From the IMG/VR virus record IMGVR_UViG_3300049261_000006, positions 1 to 63,192 of that record: 63,192 nucleotides of DNA; one strand, written 5' to 3'. Source of the stretch: a virus (lineage: Duplodnaviria; Caudoviricetes). The notes below the pieces were generated by a model. The model was given only the letters and a program-made list of their open reading frames with translations, was not told where the DNA came from and did not search any database. Position 1 is the first letter of the stretch. Each line of letters begins with the position of its first letter. The translations under genes and the position numbers were made by a program. Shown in pieces: positions 57,679 through 63,192 of the stretch.

Positions 57679-57912
57679 AAATAGGTAACGAATATTTGAT
57701 CGTTACCTATTTGTTACGTTTTCGTTACACTTCAATAATAAGGCCTGGCTTAAATTAGATGAGAAAAGGTAACGAAGTAACCAAATTATATATAAGACTT
57801 TTAATAGTAAATATAGTAATATCATATATAGGAAATATATAATAACGTAGCTTTTTAAAAATCTCTAGAGACTAGAAGGGAAATTTCGTTACTTCGTTAC
57901 TCGTTACCTTTT
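57679..57912. repeat. GTAAC/GTTAC iteron-like repeats; probable replication origin
   Basis: 13-bp inverted repeat AAATAGGTAACGA/TCGTTACCTATTT; GGTAACGAAGTAAC and GTTACTTCGTTACTCGTTACC flank an AT-rich core just after the primase gene. Confidence 0.6.
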
Positions 57913-57939
57913 TGAATTGAACATAAAAATGTATGGAAA

Positions 57940-58221
57940 ATGGAAAAAAGAATTGAAGATAAGTTAGGCAGGGCAGTAAAGAAGCGAAATGGACTCGCGG
58001 TGAAGTTTATAGGTACGATGACCGGGTGGCCAGATAGGAAAGTGTTAATGCCAGGTGGTAAAGAATATTGGGTTGAACTCAAGGATCACAAAGGTGTGCT
58101 GAGCGAAAGACAAAAATATGTGCATAAGCAGCTATTAGGATTGAATATAAAGGTATGGACAATTTTTAATGACGAACAGCTGAATAAATTTTTAAACTAT
58201 GTTGATGCTAACCAGAAATGA
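57940..58221 (+). CDS. VRR-NUC domain nuclease
   Basis: EKRIE, GWPDR, WVELK, LSERQ. Confidence 0.9.
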   Translation: MEKRIEDKLGRAVKKRNGLAVKFIGTMTGWPDRKVLMPGGKEYWVELKDHKGVLSERQKYVHKQLLGLNIKVWTIFNDEQLNKFLNYVDANQK

Positions 58222-59584
58222 TTTTTATCCATACCAGGAACATGGAGTTGAACATATCTTAGACAATCCAGCGTGTGGGTTGTTTTTGGAGATGGGTTTA
58301 GGTAAGACGGCAACTTCGTTGACGGGCATCGATATACTGATGAATGATATGTTAGAAGTTGACCGGGTGCTGGTAATAGCACCCAAGCGGGTAGCGGAGT
58401 CAGTATGGGAAGAAGAAGCAAAAAAATGGGAGCATTTAAGACATTTGAAATTTGCAAAGATATTAGGTACTGAAGCACAGCGACTGACAGCGCTCAGGAG
58501 TAAGGCAGATATTTATTTGATCAATAGGGAGAATGTAGCATGGCTGGTGGGGTTTTACGGCAGTAAATTTCCGTTTGACATGGTAGTGATAGATGAGCTG
58601 AGTAGTTTTAAGTCAGCAAAGTCGATTCGGTTTAAGGCACTGCGTAGAGTACGGCCACAGGTGAAGCGGGTGATAGGATTGACTGGCACACCAGCACCCA
58701 ATGGTATGATTGACCTGTGGAGTCAGATGTACTTGTTGGATAAGGGTGAACGGCTAGGTAAGACATTGACTGAATACCGGGATAACTATTTTAAACCTGG
58801 TAAACGTAAAGGTGAAGTGATCTATACATATGATTTGAAGACTTCGGAATATGAAAGTTTAATACATAAGAAAATTTCAGACATCTGTATCTCCATGAAG
58901 AGTAAAGACTATTTGAAATTGCCCAAGCGAATAGACCGGAATATCGACGTCCGGTTTCCAAAAAAGATCATGGATTTATATGAGCAGTTCGAAGAAGATC
59001 AGGTCATGGCATTACGCGACCAGGAAATTACGGCAGTGAACGCGGCGGCACTTACTACGAAGCTCATGCAGTTCGCCAATGGGGCCATTTACGACGACGA
59101 CAAAAAGTACCATGAAATACACCAAGAAAAGCTAAAAGCGTTAGAAGAAATTGCAGACGTGAGCAACGGGAAGCCCCTTTTGGTGTTCTATACGTTTAAA
59201 CATGATGTAGAACGCATTCTGGCATACCTTAAATCTTATAAACCAGAAAAGCTAACACAGCCTACACAAATAGACCGGTGGAACAAAGGTGAGATCCCTA
59301 TCATGCTCGGGCACCCAGCCAGTATGGGCCATGGTCTTAATCTGCAGGCTGGGGGCCACAACATTGTTTGGTTTGGGTCCACATACAGTTTGGAACTATA
59401 CCAACAGGCTATAGCACGGCTAGACCGACAGGGTCAAAAATTTTCGGTGATAAATAACAGGCTACTAGCATATGGCACTATTGACGAGGCCATCGTGAAC
59501 AGCACGACTAAGAAAGCCTATAGCCAAGACATATTGATGGATGCGGTGAAAGCGAGAATGAAAAAATACGGAGTTTATATTTAA
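58199..59584 (+). CDS. SNF2-family helicase
   Basis: LEMGLGKT, VVIDELS, LTGTP, GHGLNLQ, QAIARLDRQGQ. Confidence 0.93.
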   Translation: MLMLTRNDFYPYQEHGVEHILDNPACGLFLEMGLGKTATSLTGIDILMNDMLEVDRVLVIAPKRVAESVWEEEAKKWEHLRHLKFAKILGTEAQRLTALRSKADIYLINRENVAWLVGFYGSKFPFDMVVIDELSSFKSAKSIRFKALRRVRPQVKRVIGLTGTPAPNGMIDLWSQMYLLDKGERLGKTLTEYRDNYFKPGKRKGEVIYTYDLKTSEYESLIHKKISDICISMKSKDYLKLPKRIDRNIDVRFPKKIMDLYEQFEEDQVMALRDQEITAVNAAALTTKLMQFANGAIYDDDKKYHEIHQEKLKALEEIADVSNGKPLLVFYTFKHDVERILAYLKSYKPEKLTQPTQIDRWNKGEIPIMLGHPASMGHGLNLQAGGHNIVWFGSTYSLELYQQAIARLDRQGQKFSVINNRLLAYGTIDEAIVNSTTKKAYSQDILMDAVKARMKKYGVYI

Positions 59585-59595
59585 AAATAATTTAT

Positions 59596-59778
59596 ATGAA
59601 AATCAAATTAATGATATTGGCCCTTGGCCTAGCGATGTTGATAATGGCATATAGTGCCTTCGCCTTTGTTGAGTGGGCCGTAGACCCAGCTAAGTGGAGC
59701 TGGTTTAGCAGGATGTTAATGGTTTTCATAGGGTGGACTATAGGGAGCTTAGTTTATAAACTGTGGAAGACAAAATGA
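59596..59778 (+). CDS. Small membrane protein
   Basis: Two hydrophobic helices. Confidence 0.6.
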   Translation: MKIKLMILALGLAMLIMAYSAFAFVEWAVDPAKWSWFSRMLMVFIGWTIGSLVYKLWKTK

Positions 59779-60012
59779 TTACACTTTCTTTATTGTGTTA
59801 ATCACTTCATCACCGATCCATTTTACTATACCATAGTAAGTATCTTCGCCATCTGAGAAGTGATGAACACAAAAACAGTCGTGGTAGTCAGTTTTATTTT
59901 CGGCGGCGTAGTGTTTGATAGAAGCACCGATAGAATCGCGGTCATGAAAATAAAATGGTTTAGGCTCTTCAGCTATCAAGTCTAAATCTTTGTTGTAATA
60001 ATTGTACTGCAT
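59779..60012 (-). CDS. Hypothetical early protein
   Basis: Start taken at ATG 60012 after a junction repeat. Confidence 0.6.
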   Translation of the reverse strand: MQYNYYNKDLDLIAEEPKPFYFHDRDSIGASIKHYAAENKTDYHDCFCVHHFSDGEDTYYGIVKWIGDEVINTIKKV

Positions 60013-60037
60013 AAAAAAGGTTTCTACTGATGGGGCT

Positions 60038-60292
60038 CTATTGAGCAATGAAATTTTCTTTGTATGCCATTTTTAAATGATCAATCGTCCATTGTTCCGG
60101 CTTAGTATTAAAGCCAGCCAGCTCCGGAAACAGGTACGGCAATGAAGATATGAGCACCGACATCTGTTCTTGTTGATTCAAATACCGGCAGAGGATAATA
60201 GGAATGTAGGTTTGATGTGGATTGGTTGCAGTAGGTGTGTAGGTTTTGATTGTGTGTTCAATGGCTTTGGCCTTGATGTTTTTAGGTAACAT
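60038..60292 (-). CDS. Hypothetical early protein
   Basis: ORF bounded by junction repeats; contains LFPEL. Confidence 0.65.
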   Translation of the reverse strand: MLPKNIKAKAIEHTIKTYTPTATNPHQTYIPIILCRYLNQQEQMSVLISSLPYLFPELAGFNTKPEQWTIDHLKMAYKENFIAQ

Positions 60293-60341
60293 AGCTTGAG
60301 TATTATGAATTAAAAAAAAAGGTTACTACTGGTAGGGCCTA

Positions 60342-60560
60342 TTAGTTAAAATCAATTGAACCATCCCATGCTTCAAATTCTAAGATGGCATCCACGTCAA
60401 TTTTAAGAGTAGTCCGCAGTGTATACTTATCGCGTGGTGATATATTGTTGAAGTAACCCACTGGGAGCACTTCTAGGGGCACGCTGTTGAAGTAAGTAAT
60501 CTCATCATCTTCATTGTAGGTGACAGTAGCATTGATCGAATTGAGTCTAAAGGTGTTCAT
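60342..60560 (-). CDS. Hypothetical early protein
   Basis: Stop abuts a junction repeat. Confidence 0.65.
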   Translation of the reverse strand: MNTFRLNSINATVTYNEDDEITYFNSVPLEVLPVGYFNNISPRDKYTLRTTLKIDVDAILEFEAWDGSIDFN

Positions 60561-60724
60561 TGTAGTATTTTTATGTTGGTGATGATATAACCGTGTACAG
60601 AGACATAGAAATCAAGATGGGTACCGAGTATTTTGAGTGAGTCGGCTTCGTAGGGATATTCCTTAGGCTCTCCTTGGAGACCACCATACCCATCAGATTC
60701 GTAGTAAGTGATGATGAAGTTCAT
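60557..60724 (-). CDS. Hypothetical early protein (55 aa)
   Basis: MNFIITYYESDGYGGLQGEPKEYP...; ATGA-coupled; not in the ORF track. Confidence 0.6.
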   Translation of the reverse strand: MNFIITYYESDGYGGLQGEPKEYPYEADSLKILGTHLDFYVSVHGYIITNIKILQ

Positions 60725-60779
60725 AAAAAGGATCATTTGTGGAGGGCCCTTTATTGGGCACCTCCGTTTGAATGGATAA

Positions 60780-61205
60780 TTATTTGATTACTTCTACCAG
60801 TGATGGAGCACACCGGACCTTACCTCTTGAAGATGATAAGAGGAGATTCTTCACCTTCTTCTCGACCACTATACAGTCACCATACTTGGCAATTAGGAGT
60901 ATGTCTTTGAATCTGACAGTATCACCAATTTTAAAGTCATCCTTAGAAGGTGCCTTTATGTCATAATTAGGCCATAGTTTTGAGAGTGTTTCCGGTACAC
61001 AGAGTGCATCCATGGCGGTGCCTAAGGTGCCACCTGTATTGATATGGTTATTGACAAAGGTGGTCATCTTATTGAATGCTGCGTGGTTCATGCCTTGGCC
61101 AGTGATGCCGTTCCGGCCATGTCGGTATTTACCGGCGGGTGTGAACAGTGTGATGGAGTCAAATTGAATGTCGAGACGGACTTCGTTTTTCTTAAACTTT
61201 TGCAT
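60780..61205 (-). CDS. Hypothetical early protein (C-terminal SH3/KOW-like)
   Basis: FKIGDTVRF..CIVVEK; own AT-rich promoter-like region at 61220-61275. Confidence 0.7.
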   Translation of the reverse strand: MQKFKKNEVRLDIQFDSITLFTPAGKYRHGRNGITGQGMNHAAFNKMTTFVNNHINTGGTLGTAMDALCVPETLSKLWPNYDIKAPSKDDFKIGDTVRFKDILLIAKYGDCIVVEKKVKNLLLSSSRGKVRCAPSLVEVIK

Positions 61206-61267
61206 GATTATTAAGTTTTATTGTTTAGTAAATATAGGACTTTTGTTTGAATATAAAAAATATATTT

Positions 61268-61510
61268 TCAATATTTTTTCAATTTATTTCCTTCCCATTT
61301 GTAGGTAATATAGGAAAATTTAATTTCTCCGTCCCAGTCAGAATACGGCATTGTAAGTATGCATTCACACTGAGTAAAATCCACCTTAGCGAGCACGGCA
61401 AGTGAGTGGATGGAGGTACCTATTGCCAATTCAGATAATGGTTCAAATGAATCTGGACGGTCATCTTCTCCGATTAAATTTCCGACGCTGTCAAAATATT
61501 GGTATAGCAT
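61268..61510 (-). CDS. Hypothetical early protein
   Basis: Start taken at ATG 61510. Confidence 0.6.
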   Translation of the reverse strand: MLYQYFDSVGNLIGEDDRPDSFEPLSELAIGTSIHSLAVLAKVDFTQCECILTMPYSDWDGEIKFSYITYKWEGNKLKKY

Positions 61511-61562
61511 AAAAAAGGTATTATTGAATGGGTGTAAAAAAGGATCATTTGTGGAGGGCCTA

Positions 61563-62015
61563 TTAGATTTTATAGTACATATCACACAAAATACCATTGG
61601 TTTTATCCAATGAATATTGGTTAATCCCTATCTTTTGACCGGTTATTTCGAAGAATTTCTGTTGATCATTAGAGACATTCTGGACTATCCTATTCCAATC
61701 TTTTTGTGTCATGTAGCGATATCCATCTTCTTTAAACGGTTTCCTAGTGGACACCATTTTAAGTTTAAACCAGATCGGTAGACCATCGTGGCGGTAGTAG
61801 TCCGAGTCGTTACGGAGATATACTTCCGGTTGAAAAGATTCTACTTCAAACCTAATGGCCTTAAAACCTTTCTGGATGAGTTCGAAATTTTGGACAAAGT
61901 GTTCTAAACATTTCTTTTTTAATTCAAACCCAAGAGTGATATTGTCAATTTGACTTTGAATCTTTTTGACTTCATCTTGATGATTTTTGGTCAAAATATC
62001 CATGTAATTAATCAT
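61563..62015 (-). CDS. Hypothetical early protein downstream of hammerhead 1
   Basis: 150-aa ORF. Confidence 0.7.
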   Translation of the reverse strand: MINYMDILTKNHQDEVKKIQSQIDNITLGFELKKKCLEHFVQNFELIQKGFKAIRFEVESFQPEVYLRNDSDYYRHDGLPIWFKLKMVSTRKPFKEDGYRYMTQKDWNRIVQNVSNDQQKFFEITGQKIGINQYSLDKTNGILCDMYYKI

Positions 62016-62031
62016 AAAAAAAAATGTTTTT

Positions 62032-62089
62032 AAGTTGTGACAGGTAAGTGAATACCTGTTTCGTCCTATGAGGTCTCATCAGACAACTT
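62032..62089 (-). ncRNA. Type I hammerhead ribozyme (HH1)
   Basis: AAGTTGT-CTGATGA-GACCT CAT AGGAC-GAA-ACAGGTA TTCACT TACCTGT-C-ACAACTT; GUC cleavage site; one A-A mismatch in stem II. Confidence 0.85.
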
Positions 62090-62120
62090 TGGAGAGAAAA
62101 AAGGTTACTACTGGTAGGGC

Positions 62121-62312
62121 CTAAAATTGTTCCACTTCTGTTATTCGATCCGTGAGTGCTTCAAGGAAGTTTCTTACTCTTTGTAAGTCCTCTTCATCCA
62201 CATAACCGGTTTCGAACATTTCCATTTGTTCAGTTAAATCTGTCTTAATTACTTTAAGAGTTTCTAGATTCAAGAGTTCTAACAACTCATAAGACGCAAG
62301 TATACATTTCAT
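62121..62312 (-). CDS. Hypothetical early protein
   Basis: Acidic helical ORF between junction repeats. Confidence 0.65.
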   Translation of the reverse strand: MKCILASYELLELLNLETLKVIKTDLTEQMEMFETGYVDEEDLQRVRNFLEALTDRITEVEQF

Positions 62313-62348
62313 ATTTACAATTTTTTAAAAGGTTACTACTGGTAGGGC

Positions 62349-62525
62349 CTATGAACCTATCCAAATTTCTTCAATATCTTCAATGTTGTTTAAAACTTTG
62401 TGGACTTCATTTCCACTGGTGAGATTATCACAATAATTTTCTAAATCTTGTGCGATTTTAGATAATGTTTCTTTGGATAACAATGGGAGAATTTCATCCC
62501 ATGTTAATTTGGACTTTCTTTCCAT
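62349..62525 (-). CDS. Hypothetical early protein (58 aa) downstream of hammerhead 2
   Basis: MERKSKLTWDEILPLLSKETLSK...; TAG stop is the start of a junction repeat; not in the ORF track. Confidence 0.65.
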   Translation of the reverse strand: MERKSKLTWDEILPLLSKETLSKIAQDLENYCDNLTSGNEVHKVLNNIEDIEEIWIGS

Positions 62526-62542
62526 TTTAAAAAGGTTTTATT

Positions 62543-62594
62543 GTGTGTGACGTGCATGGGCACGTTTCGTTGACTGACAACTCATCAGACACAC
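62543..62594 (-). ncRNA. Type I hammerhead ribozyme (HH2)
   Basis: GTGTGT-CTGATGA-GTTG TCAGT CAAC-GAA-ACGTGC CCAT GCACGT-C-ACACAC; all stems perfectly paired, intact core. Confidence 0.92.
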
Positions 62595-62619
62595 TTAAAA
62601 AAGGATCATTTGTGGTACC

Positions 62620-62820
62620 CTATTCCCAAAAGAAGTCAGGTTCAACGGTTTTTTCCGTTATATTGTATCTGTTCCATGTATTCTTAAAAGTCCAATGTAG
62701 TTTATACTCATCGCGACTAAGAGTACCTATTAGTTCGTAGTACTGGTATAATGTATACCCATGGTACTTGGATGAGTCAGTTATACAGTCGTACACTTGA
62801 CCGTCGATTTTGACTTTCAT
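62620..62820 (-). CDS. Hypothetical early protein
   Basis: Start taken at ATG 62820 (MKVKIDGQ). Confidence 0.65.
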   Translation of the reverse strand: MKVKIDGQVYDCITDSSKYHGYTLYQYYELIGTLSRDEYKLHWTFKNTWNRYNITEKTVEPDFFWE

Positions 62821-62833
62821 ATTTAAAAAGGTT

Positions 62834-62935
62834 TTATTGTGCGATGACTGATAAACACTGTAAAAGTCCAATAAATCCAACAGAAAGAATAATGATCACC
62901 TTTACATCATCAGATGTGTAGTTTAACTGTTTCAT
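62834..62935 (-). CDS. 33-aa hydrophobic microprotein
   Basis: MKQLNYTSDDVKVIIILSVGFIGLLQCLSVIAQ; first ORF of the leftward operon. Confidence 0.5.
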   Translation of the reverse strand: MKQLNYTSDDVKVIIILSVGFIGLLQCLSVIAQ

Positions 62936-62939
62936 TTTT

Positions 62940-63130
62940 AAAGTTTTAATTGTTATTTGTTACTGTAAATTTAAACAAAAAGTTTGAAAGTAAAAAGTTT
63001 TTTTGTAATTATTTTTATTTATTTTTTACTTTTTAATTATTTGTTTTTGAATTATTTAATTGTTATTTGTTATGTAAATATAATCAAACAATTTGAATTA
63101 AAAAAATATTTTTATAATTATTTTCAAATT
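62940..63130 (-). promoter_or_regulatory. Tandem AT-rich early promoters of the leftward operon
   Basis: Two copies of TTCAAA..TA(A/T)ATTTACA..TAACAAATAACAATTAAA; a related element precedes ORF 61205. Confidence 0.5.
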
Positions 63131-63192
63131 ATTTTAAATAAATAGTTATTAACATTTTCAATTTAAATTTTTTACTTTCAAACTTTTAATAT

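Larger units (their letters stand above)
60019..62622 (-). repeat. Seven stop-codon-anchored ~21-bp junction repeats (TAGGCCCTACCAGTAGTAACC-Tn and TAGGCCCTCCACAAATGATCC-Tn)
   Basis: Type 1 at 60321-60341, 62103-62123, 62331-62351 and degenerate 60019-60040; type 2 at 60730-60748, 61542-61562 and 62603-62622. Confidence 0.9.

Noticed and set aside
731-58478. Numerous minus-strand ORFs antisense to structural and replication genes
   Set aside because: Shadow ORFs of well-supported plus-strand genes with no recognisable motifs
60019-62622. CRISPR or mini-CRISPR array
   Set aside because: Repeats are separated by 200-800 bp of intact ORFs rather than uniform 30-40 bp spacers; no cas genes (DUF2800 is the usual replication-module nuclease)
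62895-62935. Third hammerhead (CTGATGA on the minus strand)
   Set aside because: No stem II followed by GAAA downstream; it lies within a small ORF
1-63192. Temperate lifestyle or stop-codon reassignment
   Set aside because: No integrase, ParA or CI-like repressor recognised; genes are intact in the standard code, TAG is used as a stop, and there is no suppressor tRNA

Overview
This window looks like an essentially complete ~63 kb lytic siphovirus genome. The host is inferred to be a Bacteroidota bacterium: there are TAnnTTTG -7 promoter boxes, A-rich SD-less leaders, signal peptides followed by Gln, and DUF5977-type repeats. Layout: terminase, HK97-type head and long non-contractile tail (0.5-17.4 kb); a 2350-aa fibre (17.4-24.5 kb); a lysis cassette that includes a stand-alone response-regulator receiver, followed by two carbohydrate-active spike-like proteins (24.5-34.1 kb); an RNA-rich hinge with five tRNAs, candidate sRNAs and an attenuator (34.1-36.1 kb); a nucleotide-metabolism cluster; an APSE-like replication module (DUF2800, DUF2815, PolA, VapE primase, VRR-NUC, SNF2) interspersed with many small genes (36.4-59.8 kb); and a leftward early operon (59.8-63 kb). 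No integrase, repressor, reverse transcriptase or CRISPR array was seen. Main observations: (1) a leaderless leader peptide containing HQQPQP with a full 1:2/2:3/3:4 attenuator directly upstream of tRNA-Pro, tRNA-Gln and tRNA-His, i.e. a probable tRNA-depletion sensor controlling phage tRNAs; (2) two type I hammerhead ribozymes that each cut 23 nt before a start codon, in an operon punctuated by seven stop-codon-anchored repeats; (3) a candidate sRNA complementary to the shared leader of many early genes; (4) a tRNA-shaped RNA with an 86-nt variable region; (5) a thymidylate-synthase homolog with the dCMP-type Asp; (6) a mini-protein carrying a major-capsid-like peptide. All family assignments come from motif recognition by eye, not database searches.
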